The notes below the pieces were generated by a model that worked only from the letters and a program-made list of their open reading frames with translations, made no database searches and was not told the origin of the DNA. From an uncultured Prevotellaceae bacterium (GTDB lineage Bacteria; Bacteroidota; Bacteroidia; Bacteroidales; UBA3663): a DNA stretch of 64,000 bases. The stretch is from contig ONNR01000008.1 of the NCBI GenBank assembly GCA_900319235.1, forward strand, positions 37,902-101,901, given 5' to 3'. Shown piece after piece: positions 1 through 10,686 of this stretch. Position 1 is the stretch's first letter, and each line of letters begins with the position of its first letter. Both the position numbers and the translations under genes were made by a program.

Positions 1-951
1 AATGTGACTAATTCTGAGATCTATACTACTGAATGCGAAGATGATGGCGTTTTCCATTTCCGAAATCTTAGCTATCCCGACAGTACCTTGTTCTGCATTA
101 TGGCCTTCGCTCCCAATGGCAAACCGACTAAGGCAATTGAAATCGATAACTTTTCATTGCCCAAAACCATACAGCATCTGCCGAGCGATGCAAAGCAATA
201 CTACCTCAAGCTTACTTCCGATACGATAGCTGCCGACACTACGGCCAAATCCGCCAAGGCAGAGCCTGACAAAAATAAGGAGAAGCTCGAACAGAAAGTC
301 AAGGAGATGCTTGTTTCCAGTGAACCCGATGACATATACACGCGCTCTGCCCATAAAACCAGATACACCCGTACTCTTTCGGATTATAAATATTACGAAC
401 TCAAGGATATGATCTTGAAGTTCGACGACATTACCTTCGATGGCGAGGTAGCCAAGTATAAGACCAACGGTATGCACGTTCCTGTCCGCTTCGTAGTAGG
501 AACCACCGAAATGCCCATCGAGAAGGACTCTTTAGGTAAATATCTACCTCAAAAAGCCCTGGAGATACCCGTTGAAATGGTCTATGCCGTCGATTTCATT
601 CATCCCGAAGTTGCACGAACCATTGGGCGAACCGAATACCCCGAATCGCCCATCATCCGCATCGACTTGAAGAAGCTCAATGAACTCGTCTATGAATCCG
701 GATGGAATGATGTTCTCAAGCTTGTGATGCCCTTGGGCTACGTCAAGCGACTGCAGTTCCCCAACATTCACGTATCTCGCTCTCCCCGTGCCACCCGCTT
801 CTGGAACCCCGAGTACTTCACAGGTCCTTCAGGCCGGGTTACTCTCGACCTTCCTCTTCCCACCAACTATCACACCACCTACACTCTCCGCGCCGAAGGC
901 ATCACGCCCCTTGGCGAACCGATATCCCTTATCTATAGTATACAAAAGTAA
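1..951 (+). CDS. hypothetical protein; the frame is open to the left window edge, so it is possibly 5'-truncated
   Basis: Long ORF (track 4..951) in frame with position 1. No motif recognised. Compact spacing to the next gene. Confidence 0.5.
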   Translation, partial: NVTNSEIYTTECEDDGVFHFRNLSYPDSTLFCIMAFAPNGKPTKAIEIDNFSLPKTIQHLPSDAKQYYLKLTSDTIAADTTAKSAKAEPDKNKEKLEQKVKEMLVSSEPDDIYTRSAHKTRYTRTLSDYKYYELKDMILKFDDITFDGEVAKYKTNGMHVPVRFVVGTTEMPIEKDSLGKYLPQKALEIPVEMVYAVDFIHPEVARTIGRTEYPESPIIRIDLKKLNELVYESGWNDVLKLVMPLGYVKRLQFPNIHVSRSPRATRFWNPEYFTGPSGRVTLDLPLPTNYHTTYTLRAEGITPLGEPISLIYSIQK

Positions 952-963
952 CTCCAAAATAAT

Positions 964-2247
964 ATGAAAGAACTGAAGTGTCCGAAGTGTGGCAGCGTTT
1001 TTACAGTCGACGAAGCAGACTATGCATTAATTTTGAGCCAAGTGAAGAACGCTGAGTTCAATGCCGAGGTCAATCGTCGCATTGGCGAACTCTATGTGCA
1101 ACATCAGGCAGAACAGGCAGCAGCAGAAGCGAAAGCCGCCTCCACCTACCAGATGGAAATCAGCAAGCGTGAACAGGCGATGGTAAGGAAGGATGCCGAA
1201 ATGCAGACAATGAAGAATCAGTTGTCCTCCGAAATCAGCCGTTTGAAAGGAGAACTTAGTGCCATACGACAGCAGGGAGAAGACGCCAGAAAGATTGCTG
1301 TGATGGAAGCCATGCAGTCCTCCCAAGAAGAGATTCAGCGAAAGAACAATGAAATAGCTGAACTCAAGGCAAACATCAAAGTGGCTGAAAGCAAAGCAGT
1401 GAATGATCTTTCCATTCAAAAGGAGCAGTACGAAACCAAACTGAAAGTCGCCCAGGATCAGGTCGCATATTATAAGGACCTGAAGACCCGCATGAGTACC
1501 AAAATGGTGGGAGAGACCCTTGAACAACACTGCAGCATCCAATACAATCAGATGCTGCGACCCGTTATGCCTCAAGCCTACTTCGAGAAGGATAACGATG
1601 CCTCGGGAGGATCAAAGGGAGACTTCATCTTTCGCGATTTTGATGACGATGGACAAGAGTATGTGAGTATCATGTTCGAGATGAAGAACGAAGTCGATAC
1701 GACTTTATCCCGTCATAAGAACGAGGATTTCTTTGCTAAACTCGACATAGATCGCAAGTCAAAGGGATGTGAGTACGCGGTACTGGTAAGTCTTCTTGAA
1801 CCTGATAACGATCTCTATAACGGTGGTATTGTCTCCGTGCCAAGCAATCAGTATGAGAAAATGTACGTCATTCGTCCGCAATCTTTCCTTCCACTCATCA
1901 GCCTCTTGATTCAAACTTCCAAGAAGAATATTGAGTTGAAGAAAGAGCTTGCCATAGCTCGAAGTCAGTCGCTCGATGTTACCAATTTCGAGGAGCAACT
2001 GAATGATTTCAAGCTGAAGTTTGGCAATAACTATCGTTTAGCATGCGAAAAGTTTACCAAGGCCATCGAGGAAATTGATAAATCCATAGAGCATCTCCAA
2101 AAGATCAAGGAAGCGTTGTTAGGCTCCGACAGAAATCTCCGCCTTGCCAATGACAAGGCAGAAGCCTTGACCATAAAGAAGCTCACGAGGAACAATCCGA
2201 CAATGAAGGCAAAATTCGAGGAAGCTCGATTACTGAATTCCAATTAA
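964..2247 (+). CDS. DUF2130 domain-containing protein
   Basis: N-terminal zinc-ribbon-like [18 protein letters not shown], a long coiled-coil middle and a conserved C-terminal half, as is typical of DUF2130 proteins. Confidence 0.75.
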   Translation: MKELKCPKCGSVFTVDEADYALILSQVKNAEFNAEVNRRIGELYVQHQAEQAAAEAKAASTYQMEISKREQAMVRKDAEMQTMKNQLSSEISRLKGELSAIRQQGEDARKIAVMEAMQSSQEEIQRKNNEIAELKANIKVAESKAVNDLSIQKEQYETKLKVAQDQVAYYKDLKTRMSTKMVGETLEQHCSIQYNQMLRPVMPQAYFEKDNDASGGSKGDFIFRDFDDDGQEYVSIMFEMKNEVDTTLSRHKNEDFFAKLDIDRKSKGCEYAVLVSLLEPDNDLYNGGIVSVPSNQYEKMYVIRPQSFLPLISLLIQTSKKNIELKKELAIARSQSLDVTNFEEQLNDFKLKFGNNYRLACEKFTKAIEEIDKSIEHLQKIKEALLGSDRNLRLANDKAEALTIKKLTRNNPTMKAKFEEARLLNSN

Positions 2248-2340
2248 TAGCAATTATTTACAATAATGATTTAATGGCGTGAATTTATTATTGCTGCGTA
2301 TATTTTGATAATCAAATACCAAACCATAAAATTTATTATT

Positions 2341-2949
2341 ATGAATCAAGGTTTTAACAATCAAGGGTCAATCACGGTCAACGGACATGTGTACACAGTA
2401 AGTAAGAGCGGAGAATCGGTGCTCGTTTCGTTTACCAATATTCCTTCTGATGCGAAGGAATTTGAGCAGGTTTATCGCGAACTGTTGGGCAGAAATGAAT
2501 ACACGGTACCTGCCCTCATCCCGATGGCGATGGAGATTTATGCCAGGAATCAGCAGGAAGGTGAGAAGTGCATCACCGTTTTATGCACTTTTACTGCCAA
2601 GGCTGAGATGATACGAATCATCAAGGATAAGTTCAGTCATCCAGATGATCCCTATTGCCAGCGATATCTTCCCGCTGCTTTGTTGCAGGGCGCTTCCAAC
2701 AAGAACGCTTATACGCCCAATACCCCCTATACGGTTTGCATCGAACACTCGGTGAACAAGGACCAGGAAACAGAAATGTATAATGGCACTTACTATTTCC
2801 TTCAGATTATAGCCGACGGATGGGATACCCATCAGCGTGGCGTACAGGTGTTCAGGTCATTCGATAAGGAATTATTTCAGGTCTTCAGTTGTCCTGCTAC
2901 CTATACACAATGCAAGCCAATCCGCGGCACATGGCCGGGACTGGCTTGA
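2341..2949 (+). CDS. hypothetical protein
   Basis: ORF with ATG at 2341 (the track starts at TTG 2305). No family recognised. Ends at a hairpin shared with convergent argS. Confidence 0.5.
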   Translation: MNQGFNNQGSITVNGHVYTVSKSGESVLVSFTNIPSDAKEFEQVYRELLGRNEYTVPALIPMAMEIYARNQQEGEKCITVLCTFTAKAEMIRIIKDKFSHPDDPYCQRYLPAALLQGASNKNAYTPNTPYTVCIEHSVNKDQETEMYNGTYYFLQIIADGWDTHQRGVQVFRSFDKELFQVFSCPATYTQCKPIRGTWPGLA

Positions 2950-2971
2950 TATGTAGGCAAACTGATATTAA

Positions 2972-2986
2972 GGTCGCAAAGCGACC
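2972..2986. terminator. short bidirectional hairpin between convergent genes
   Basis: GGTCGC-AAA-GCGACC lies between the stop at 2949 (+) and the argS stop at 2992 (-). Confidence 0.5.
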
Positions 2987-2991
2987 ATAGA

Positions 2992-4857
2992 TTACATCCG
3001 TTCGGGCACCTCGATGCCGAGGAGGTCCATCGCGGTCTTGATGACGCGGGCCACGCAGGTGCTGAGTACGAGGCGGAACTGACGTTTGCGGGCATCTTCC
3101 TCCTTGAGGATGGAGGTGTCGTGGTAGAACTGGTTGTACTCCTTGGCAAGGTCGTAGGTGTAGTTGGCAATGAGTGCGGGAGAGTATTCAGCGCCAGCAC
3201 GCTTTACGACCTGTTCGAAGTCGAGCAACTTCTGGATGATAGTTTGTTCCTTCTCTGATATTTCAACACCATCGAGACCTTCGGCATTGAGGGTCTCGGC
3301 TTCTGCCTTGCGGAGCACCGACTTGATGCGGGCATGCGTATATTGGATGAAGGGGCCGGTGTTGCCGTTAAAGTCGATAGACTCGGCTGGGTTGAACACC
3401 ATATTGTTGACGGGATTGACCTTGAGGAGGAAGTACTTGAGCGCGCCCAGTCCGATGATGCGGTAGACGTTCTGCTTCTCTTCGTCGCTCATATCGGCTA
3501 GACGCTCGGAACTTGCCTCACGTGCATCGTCGATCATAGCTGCCATTAGGTCGTCGGCATCGACGACAGTGCCTTCGCGGCTCTTCATCTTGCCGTTGGG
3601 CAGTTCGACCATACCATAGGAGAAGTGCACGAGGTCCTTGCCCCACTTGAAGCCGAGACGGTCGAGAAGGAGTGAGAGCACCTGGAAGTGATAGTTCTGC
3701 TCGTTGCCTACCACGTAAATCATCTTGTCGATGGGGTAGTCCTGATAGCGAAGCTTGGCTGTGCCGATGTCCTGTGTCATGTAGACGGAAGTGCCGTCCT
3801 TGCGAAGCAGGATCTTCTGGTCGAGGCCTTCCTTGGTGAAGTCGGCCCATACGGAGCCGTCGGCCTTGCGGAAGAAGAGGCCCTTCTCCAAACCTTCGAG
3901 TACAAGTTCCTTGCCTTCGAGGTAGGTGTTCGACTCGTAGTAAATCTTGTCGAAGCCGACTCCCATCATCTTATAGGTTTCATCGAAACCTGCATAAACC
4001 CACTCGTTCATCTTGGCCCAAAGAGCTCGTACCTCGGGATCGCCGGCCTCCCACTTGCGGAGCATCTCGCGTGCTTCCTGCATGAGGGTGGACTTCATTT
4101 CGGCTACACCCTTGCGAGCCTCGGCAGTTTTCTCAGGATCTTCTGGGAGTGTACCGTCGGGCAGTTGGTCCTTGAAGACGTGGATACCCTGTATCTCGGG
4201 GTCGTTGGCAAGGATATCCTGCAATTCGGCCTTATAGTGCTTGTCGAAGGCTACGTAGCAGTCGCCGATGAGGTGGTCACCTTTCTTTCCTGTGCTTTCG
4301 GGCGTGGCACCATCAAACCACTTCTGCCAAGCAAGCATTGACTTGCAGATATGGATACCACGGTCGTTTACAATGTTGGTCTTCACTACCTTGTTGCCAC
4401 AGGCAGTGATAATCTTTGAGAGTGACCAGCCGAGCAGAATGTTGCGCAGATGGCCCAGATGAAGGGGCTTGTTGGTATTGGGCGACGAATATTCAATCAT
4501 CACGAGTGGTGCATCGTCGCTGATGGGCTGTATGCCAAAGTTCGGGTTGGCAAAGATACCCTGCAACTTCTCGACCCATGAACCGGCATTGATGGAGAGA
4601 TTGAGGAATCCCTTGATGACGTTGAACTTTGCCACGAGCGGCTCGTTGGCCACGAGCCATTCGCCGATGGCCTGTCCTAGCAGCTCGGGATTCTTGACGG
4701 GTGTCTGCTTCATGAAGGGGAACACCATGAGGGTGAGATGACCTTCAAACTCCTTGCGGGTGGGGCTCAACTGAACCTGCTTGTCGGCAAGTTCGATATC
4801 GTAAAGTGACTTAACGGCGGCCTTGATGCTGGCCGATAATTGCTGTTCGATTTCCAT
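2992..4857 (-). CDS. argS: arginine--tRNA ligase
   Basis: 621 aa. Class I HIGH-type motif (PLHLGHLRN), KMSKS-type motif (GKMKSREG) and overall ArgS architecture. Confidence 0.95.
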   Translation of the reverse strand: MEIEQQLSASIKAAVKSLYDIELADKQVQLSPTRKEFEGHLTLMVFPFMKQTPVKNPELLGQAIGEWLVANEPLVAKFNVIKGFLNLSINAGSWVEKLQGIFANPNFGIQPISDDAPLVMIEYSSPNTNKPLHLGHLRNILLGWSLSKIITACGNKVVKTNIVNDRGIHICKSMLAWQKWFDGATPESTGKKGDHLIGDCYVAFDKHYKAELQDILANDPEIQGIHVFKDQLPDGTLPEDPEKTAEARKGVAEMKSTLMQEAREMLRKWEAGDPEVRALWAKMNEWVYAGFDETYKMMGVGFDKIYYESNTYLEGKELVLEGLEKGLFFRKADGSVWADFTKEGLDQKILLRKDGTSVYMTQDIGTAKLRYQDYPIDKMIYVVGNEQNYHFQVLSLLLDRLGFKWGKDLVHFSYGMVELPNGKMKSREGTVVDADDLMAAMIDDAREASSERLADMSDEEKQNVYRIIGLGALKYFLLKVNPVNNMVFNPAESIDFNGNTGPFIQYTHARIKSVLRKAEAETLNAEGLDGVEISEKEQTIIQKLLDFEQVVKRAGAEYSPALIANYTYDLAKEYNQFYHDTSILKEEDARKRQFRLVLSTCVARVIKTAMDLLGIEVPERM

Positions 4858-4949
4858 ATACAGTTAAAATTTTGGCGCAAATATAGCGTTTTTTTTTGAG
4901 AAGAACACACATTTTAAATAAAAAAAGAAGCCTTATCAGTTTTTTTTAT

Positions 4950-4957
4950 TATCTTTG
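4950..4957 (+). promoter_or_regulatory. Bacteroidota -7 box TATCTTTG
   Basis: Matches TAnnTTTG, 22 nt upstream of ATG 4979. Confidence 0.6.
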
Positions 4958-4978
4958 CGCCCGAAAATAATAGTAAAT

Positions 4979-5299
4979 ATGACAGAAAACGAAGTTTTAG
5001 AAATACAAAAGCAGGTGGTCGATGTCTGCAAACTTGTCTATGACCCCGAGATACCTGTGAACATCTACGACCTTGGCCTTATCTACGGCATCGATGTCGA
5101 GGATGGAGGGCACGTACACATCAAGATGACGTTGACGGCGCCTACTTGCCCCGAGGGTGACTTCTTGATGGAGGACCTAAGGATGAAAGTGGAGGGCCTT
5201 CGCGAGGTGTCGTCGTGCGATGTCGAACTGGTCTTTGAGCCTGAGTGGAACCAAGATATGATCACTGAAGAGGCGAAGCTCGAATTAGGTATGCTCTAA
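4979..5299 (+). CDS. DUF59/MIP18-family metal-sulfur cluster assembly factor
   Basis: About 106 aa. Contains VYDPEIPVNIYDLGLIY and the TLTAPTCP motif typical of DUF59 (SufT/PaaD-like) proteins. Confidence 0.8.
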   Translation: MTENEVLEIQKQVVDVCKLVYDPEIPVNIYDLGLIYGIDVEDGGHVHIKMTLTAPTCPEGDFLMEDLRMKVEGLREVSSCDVELVFEPEWNQDMITEEAKLELGML

Positions 5300-6093
5300 T
5301 GGGAAAGATCTATTTCATCAGTGATTGCCATCTTGGCGCCGGAACGCTTGAGAATCCGTTGGAATACGAGCGAAGAGTAGTGCGTTTCCTCGAATCTATT
5401 GAGGACGACTGCGAGGAGCTCTTTCTGATGGGCGACATCATCGACTATTGGTTCGAGTTCAAGTATGTGGTGCCTCGTGGCTTCACACGCTTCTTGGGCA
5501 AACTGGCGATGATGGCCGACAAGGGTGTCAAGATACATTGGTTCACCGGCAATCACGACATTTGGATCTTCGACTATCTTCCCAACGAAATCGGCTGCAC
5601 GCTTCACACGGGACCAGAGGTCTTGGATCGCTATGGACGGAAATTGTACTTGGCTCATGGTGATGGACTTGGTGAGGACTCGAAGATGCTGCAGTTTATG
5701 ACGGGCTTTTTTCACAGTCGCATCTGCCAGAAGATGTACCGTTGGATACATCCAGACCTTTCGACTGCTTTTGCACACTGGTGGAGCCGCAAGAGTCGCC
5801 TTTCGGGCAACGAGTTCCCCGATTATTTGGGCGAAGACCGCGAGCACTTGGTGCAGTTTGCGAAGAAGAAGATCGGTGAGGGTTTCGAGCCCGACTATTT
5901 TATCTTTGGACATCGTCACATTATGCTCGACATTATGCTGAGCCGAAAGAGCCGAATGATGATCCTGGGCGACTGGATTACGCATTTCTCCTATGCCGTG
6001 ATGGACGAGGAGGGCGAGATGATGCTCGATCAGTTTGAATATGGCGACGTCGAGGAGGAGACCCGTGACGGGGTAAGTATCGCGATTTTCTGA
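5299..6093 (+). CDS. lpxH: UDP-2,3-diacylglucosamine diphosphatase
   Basis: Calcineurin-like metallophosphoesterase motifs (ISDCHLG, GDIIDYWFE, GNHD, GHRH). TAATG start/stop overlap with the upstream gene. Confidence 0.9.
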   Translation: MGKIYFISDCHLGAGTLENPLEYERRVVRFLESIEDDCEELFLMGDIIDYWFEFKYVVPRGFTRFLGKLAMMADKGVKIHWFTGNHDIWIFDYLPNEIGCTLHTGPEVLDRYGRKLYLAHGDGLGEDSKMLQFMTGFFHSRICQKMYRWIHPDLSTAFAHWWSRKSRLSGNEFPDYLGEDREHLVQFAKKKIGEGFEPDYFIFGHRHIMLDIMLSRKSRMMILGDWITHFSYAVMDEEGEMMLDQFEYGDVEEETRDGVSIAIF

Positions 6094-6094
6094 T

Positions 6095-6124
6095 CTTTAT
6101 CACAGTCTCTTTATCACGAAATAG
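6095..6124. repeat. intergenic word repeat CTTTATCAC x2, ending in TATCACGAAATA
   Basis: ctttatcacagtctctttatcacgaaatag, located between the lpxH stop and the next start. Related to the CACGAATTA word family. Confidence 0.6.
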
Positions 6125-6125
6125 A

Positions 6126-6875
6126 ATGAATGCAATGATATTTGCGGCAGGTCTGGGAACAAGGCTGCGACCGCTGACCAATGACCGACCCAAAGCGCTG
6201 GTCGAAGTGAACGGCAAAACCCTGCTAGAACATAACATCGTGAAGCTAAAAGAGGCAGGATTTGACCGAATTGTGGTCAACATCCACCACTTTGGTGAGC
6301 AGATCATCGAATTCCTCAAGTCCCACGATAATTTTGGTATTGACATTCGGGTGAGCGACGAACGCCATCAGTTGCTCGACACTGGTGGCGGCATTAAGCA
6401 CGCTATCCCCCTTTTCGACCTGACACAACCCATCTTGATCCACAACGTCGATATCATTTCGGACATCGACCTGCGTAATCTTTATGTCAAGCATTTCGAC
6501 AATGCCAGTATGCACGACGGGGCAAGTCCCTCCGGAGCAACACTTGCCGTGCATCAGCGCAAGACTTCACGCTACCTTCAGTTTACCGACGATATGCGTC
6601 TCTGTGGTTGGACCAACGTCAAGACTGGTGAGGTGAAGGGCGAACTTGGAGAGGCATTTGCTTTTGCTGGTATCCACGTGATAGATCCAAGTCTACTGCC
6701 TTATCTGCTGGCACAGGATGCCGATGTCTTCTCAATCATCGACTTCTACCTGAAGGTCTGCAACGAGATCGCGATATCTGGCGCCGATGTCACAGGCCGG
6801 GAATGGGTCGATTGCGGCAAGCCCGAAGCTTTGGCCAAAGCTGCTCAACTGACAAGCAATAATCTGAAAAAATAA
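6126..6875 (+). CDS. sugar-phosphate nucleotidyltransferase (MurU-like NTP_transferase family)
   Basis: N-terminal AAGLGTRLRPLTNDRPKALV nucleotidyltransferase signature. 249 aa. Confidence 0.8.
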   Translation: MNAMIFAAGLGTRLRPLTNDRPKALVEVNGKTLLEHNIVKLKEAGFDRIVVNIHHFGEQIIEFLKSHDNFGIDIRVSDERHQLLDTGGGIKHAIPLFDLTQPILIHNVDIISDIDLRNLYVKHFDNASMHDGASPSGATLAVHQRKTSRYLQFTDDMRLCGWTNVKTGEVKGELGEAFAFAGIHVIDPSLLPYLLAQDADVFSIIDFYLKVCNEIAISGADVTGREWVDCGKPEALAKAAQLTSNNLKK

Positions 6876-6876
6876 T

Positions 6877-9489
6877 ATGAATCAAAAAATAAGACAAATC
6901 TTTCTTTCCATACTCGCCATCCTTCTGCTTGGAGCTATGCCGGCTACACTGTCGGCACAGAATAGGAATCAAGACAAGCAGGTGGCACGTATCACCGTGC
7001 AGGGACAGGTGCTGGACAGCATCACAGGCGAGCCTCTCGACTTTGTAAACATTGCGGAAAAAGGTACTACCAACGGCACTATCACCAATACACAGGGCAA
7101 CTTTTCGATGCTCGCCCGTCCAGGTAGCGTCATTCAGTTCAGTTATCTTGGCTACGACACGAAGACCATCGTGACTGGCAATCGTAAGATGAATGTGACC
7201 ATCCAGATGCTCTCGCAGGACGTGCAACTGAGCGAAGTGGTGGTCAAGCCTAAGCGTGAACGTTATCGCCGCAAGGATAATCCTGCCGTCATCCTGATAC
7301 GCAACGTCATCGAGCATAAGGACGACCATTCTCCCAAGGAAAATGACTACTTCAGCGAAACTCGATATGACAACATGACCTATTCGCTGAACAACTTCAG
7401 CGGCAGTCACCTTGCCCGTTGGAAGAAGAAGTTCAAGTTCATCGAAAACTTCATCGACACCGCTATTGTGACGGGTACGCCAGTGTTGCCCGTTTCGACC
7501 GACGAACGCATTGAGAAGCATTACTGGAAGAATGCCGGCAACTTGAACCGCATTGTCACCGAGGCTGAGCAGCATGCCGGTATGGATGATATGATGCCCG
7601 AACAGTTTGTGGCCCTCCTCAAGACGGAAGTGTTCCCTGAAATGGATCTCAACGAGGATAACATCTACCTCTATCGCAAGAAGTTCGTCTCGCCCCTTTC
7701 GTCGTTCGGCCCTACGTTCTACAAATACTACATCCTCGACACCCTGAAGCTGGATGATGGGCTCCGGTACATCGACCTTGGCTTTGCACCTGCCATGCCG
7801 CAGTCGTTCGGCTTTGTAGGGCACCTTTATGTGAGCCTCGATAGCACCTATTGGGTGAAGCGTGCCGAACTGAACATCCCGCCTGACATTAACCTCAACT
7901 TCGTGCGTAACCTGCACGTTGAGTTCGAGAACGGACGACTGGCCGACAGCACACGTGTCGTGTTGGGCAAGAGTTTCTACTCAGAGCTCAACGTCACCGC
8001 AGGCTCGCTGGGCCTTTATGCACAGCGTATGATACGCTACAGCGACTTTAGCGATGCGCCCCTCGACAAGAAGATATTCGGTGCTGCTCCAAAGTCCGAT
8101 TCGCCCGACCTGATTCGCAATTCTACCGATCTGGCTTTTTGGCAAACACATCGTCCAGCAAAGGGCTTTGATCCCGACAAGTCGGTCGAAGCGATGATGA
8201 ATCAGATGCGCGGTGTGCCTTTCTATAAATACGGAGAGAAGGTGCTTACCTGGCTCTTCAAGGGCTTTGTGCCCATCGACGACAAGGTGGAGGAGCGCGC
8301 CAAATTCCTCTATGGCCCAATCAATACTTCGGTATCGTGGAACAGTCTGGAACACATTCGTCTGCGCGTTGGCGGCATCACTACGGCTAACCTAAACCAT
8401 CACCTCTTCGGCTCTGGCTATGCCGTGTATGCCATTGAAGACCACAAGTGGAAATATGATGCTGCGCTCGAATATTCGTTCCGTCGCAAGAAGCATTATG
8501 CCAACGAGTTCCCCATCCATTCGCTCAAGCTGGAAAGCACCTATGACTCGAAGGAATTGGGTCTAGTGCTTCAAACCAACCGTGACAACTTCATCACCTC
8601 TTTCCGCAAGGCCGACCAGCCGAAGTTCATCTATGTGCGCAGTAATTCGCTGCTCTATACGTTGGAGTTCTGGAATCACGTAAGCCTCAAGTTGAAGGCC
8701 GACCTACGTCGCGAATATCAGACACGTCTCGGCAAGTTCGAAATGGTAGGAACAGGCATGGAGCAGAGTTACTACGATATGGCTTTGGCAACGGCTTCGT
8801 TGCGCTGGGCACCCAAGGAAGCATTCGCGGAAAACAAGACTTCGCGTGTTCGCGTCGATCATCGCCATCCTGTCTTCGAACTGACGCACAAGATGGCACG
8901 CAACGGCTTGATGGGTACCGACTTCGACTACCAGGCCACCGAGTTCTCGTTCGAGAAGCGTTTCTGGCTTAATGTGCTCGGTCATGCTACGGTCAATATC
9001 GACTTGGGCAAGATTTGGACAAGCGACACTCCTTATCCGCTGCTCTACATGCCCAATGCCAACACCGGCTACACCATCCAGGAAGGCTCGTTCTCACAGC
9101 TCCAATCGATGGAGTTCGTCTATGACCAGTATGCCCACTGGCACGTGTCGTGGCGTATGCTTGGCCTGATGTTCAACAACATTCCCTACGTGCGTCACCT
9201 GAAATGGCGCGAAGTGGTGACGTTCCGTGGTGTCTATGGCAAACTTTCGGAGAAGAACGACCCCGATGCACTCAATGCTGACGGCACGCTGAGGAACCCC
9301 AATCTCTTCCGTCTGCCCAGCAACGGCACCGTCTATCGCTTGGGCAACACGCCCTATATGGAGGTTTCCTTTGGTCTTGAAAACATCTTCAAGGTGCTGA
9401 GAATTGAATACATACGACGTCTGACCTACCTCGACCATCCCGGCATTCGCAAGAATGGTGCACAAGCCACCATCGTGCTGAGCTTCTGA
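6877..9489 (+). CDS. DUF5686 / carboxypeptidase-regulatory-like domain outer-membrane-associated protein
   Basis: Signal peptide and CarboxypepD_reg-like start (ITVQGQVLDSITGEPLDFVNI). The 870-aa size and layout are typical of DUF5686 proteins. Confidence 0.7.
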   Translation: MNQKIRQIFLSILAILLLGAMPATLSAQNRNQDKQVARITVQGQVLDSITGEPLDFVNIAEKGTTNGTITNTQGNFSMLARPGSVIQFSYLGYDTKTIVTGNRKMNVTIQMLSQDVQLSEVVVKPKRERYRRKDNPAVILIRNVIEHKDDHSPKENDYFSETRYDNMTYSLNNFSGSHLARWKKKFKFIENFIDTAIVTGTPVLPVSTDERIEKHYWKNAGNLNRIVTEAEQHAGMDDMMPEQFVALLKTEVFPEMDLNEDNIYLYRKKFVSPLSSFGPTFYKYYILDTLKLDDGLRYIDLGFAPAMPQSFGFVGHLYVSLDSTYWVKRAELNIPPDINLNFVRNLHVEFENGRLADSTRVVLGKSFYSELNVTAGSLGLYAQRMIRYSDFSDAPLDKKIFGAAPKSDSPDLIRNSTDLAFWQTHRPAKGFDPDKSVEAMMNQMRGVPFYKYGEKVLTWLFKGFVPIDDKVEERAKFLYGPINTSVSWNSLEHIRLRVGGITTANLNHHLFGSGYAVYAIEDHKWKYDAALEYSFRRKKHYANEFPIHSLKLESTYDSKELGLVLQTNRDNFITSFRKADQPKFIYVRSNSLLYTLEFWNHVSLKLKADLRREYQTRLGKFEMVGTGMEQSYYDMALATASLRWAPKEAFAENKTSRVRVDHRHPVFELTHKMARNGLMGTDFDYQATEFSFEKRFWLNVLGHATVNIDLGKIWTSDTPYPLLYMPNANTGYTIQEGSFSQLQSMEFVYDQYAHWHVSWRMLGLMFNNIPYVRHLKWREVVTFRGVYGKLSEKNDPDALNADGTLRNPNLFRLPSNGTVYRLGNTPYMEVSFGLENIFKVLRIEYIRRLTYLDHPGIRKNGAQATIVLSF

Positions 9490-9510
9490 TCATTTACTTA
9501 TCGTTTTGAT

Positions 9511-10611
9511 ATGTCAAGAACAGCAGTTATCATACTCAATTGGAACGGCGAACAGAAAGGCCTGATTCGCCGATACCTGCCTTCGGTCGTGAAGAATACT
9601 CCCAAGGAGGTTGCTGAGGTGGTAGTGGCCGACAACGGCTCGACCGACAAGAGCCTTCAAGTGCTGAAGGAAGAATTTCCAAGCGTTAAGGTCATCCCTC
9701 TAGAGAAGAACTATGGTTTTGCCGAAGGCTACAATCAGGCCATCGACATCATTACCGAGCTCAAGCAGGAAGAGCTGAGAAGCCCCTCGGGCAATGTCTT
9801 CGAGGTGCATCGTATGGAGTCGCCTGACTATGTCGTCTTGCTCAACGACGACGTGCGTGTTCCCGAGGGATGGCTCGAACCGATGATAGCCTTTTTGGAT
9901 AGTCACCCCAATTGCGCTGCTCTGCAGCCCAAGATTCTTAAGGATGGCAACGAACAGATGTTCGAGTATGCCGGGGCCTGTGGAGGTTATCTCGATAACC
10001 TGTGCTTCCCTTATTGTCGCGGACGTATCTTCGACACGGTGGAGGAGGATATGGGCCAGTATGACCTGCCCGAAGGCGAGGCGTGGCCCGTGATGTGGGC
10101 CTCGGGAGCGTGCCTGCTGATTCGCACCGAGCTCTATATGAAAGCCGGTGGACTGGACCGTCGTTTCTATGCCCATATGGAGGAGATCGATTTATGTTGG
10201 AGGCTTCGAAGGATGGGCTATGACATCGTTTGCGTACCCCAGTCGAAGGTCTATCATCTGGGAGGTGCCAGTCTGCCTCAGGGCAATCCGAAGAAGACCA
10301 AACTCAACTTCCGTAACAACATCGTGATGATGTGGAAGAATCTTCCTGCAGACCAGTACAAGCACCTATTGCGCCGACGCAAGTTACTCGACGGTGTGGC
10401 TGCCGCCAACTTCCTTCGACAAGGGCAGTTCCGTAACTTCAAAGCCGTGTACGACGCCCATCGCGAGGCTGAGAAGATGATTGCCGAACAATATACAGCA
10501 GCAGAACTTATTGGCTTTGGAACTGCCAAGCCTTTCCTGCAGCAGCAGTTCAGCATCCTTTGGAAATACTTCAAGAAAGGCATCAAACGATATAGTGACC
10601 TGGGACTTTGA
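9511..10611 (+). CDS. glycosyltransferase family 2
   Basis: VIILNWNG, the ADNGSTD motif and the DDD..EDxxLCWR pattern of GT2 (rhamnosyltransferase-like) enzymes. Confidence 0.85.
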   Translation: MSRTAVIILNWNGEQKGLIRRYLPSVVKNTPKEVAEVVVADNGSTDKSLQVLKEEFPSVKVIPLEKNYGFAEGYNQAIDIITELKQEELRSPSGNVFEVHRMESPDYVVLLNDDVRVPEGWLEPMIAFLDSHPNCAALQPKILKDGNEQMFEYAGACGGYLDNLCFPYCRGRIFDTVEEDMGQYDLPEGEAWPVMWASGACLLIRTELYMKAGGLDRRFYAHMEEIDLCWRLRRMGYDIVCVPQSKVYHLGGASLPQGNPKKTKLNFRNNIVMMWKNLPADQYKHLLRRRKLLDGVAAANFLRQGQFRNFKAVYDAHREAEKMIAEQYTAAELIGFGTAKPFLQQQFSILWKYFKKGIKRYSDLGL

Positions 10612-10640
10612 CCATTCAACGTATGGTTCCTTTCTATAAA

Positions 10641-10679
10641 CAAGCAATCCCCGCAACTTTCGGCTGCGGGGATTGCTTG
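10641..10679. terminator. bidirectional rho-independent terminator
   Basis: 15-bp perfect stem CAAGCAATCCCCGCA / TGCGGGGATTGCTTG between convergent genes. Confidence 0.8.
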
Positions 10680-10686
10680 TTCTTTC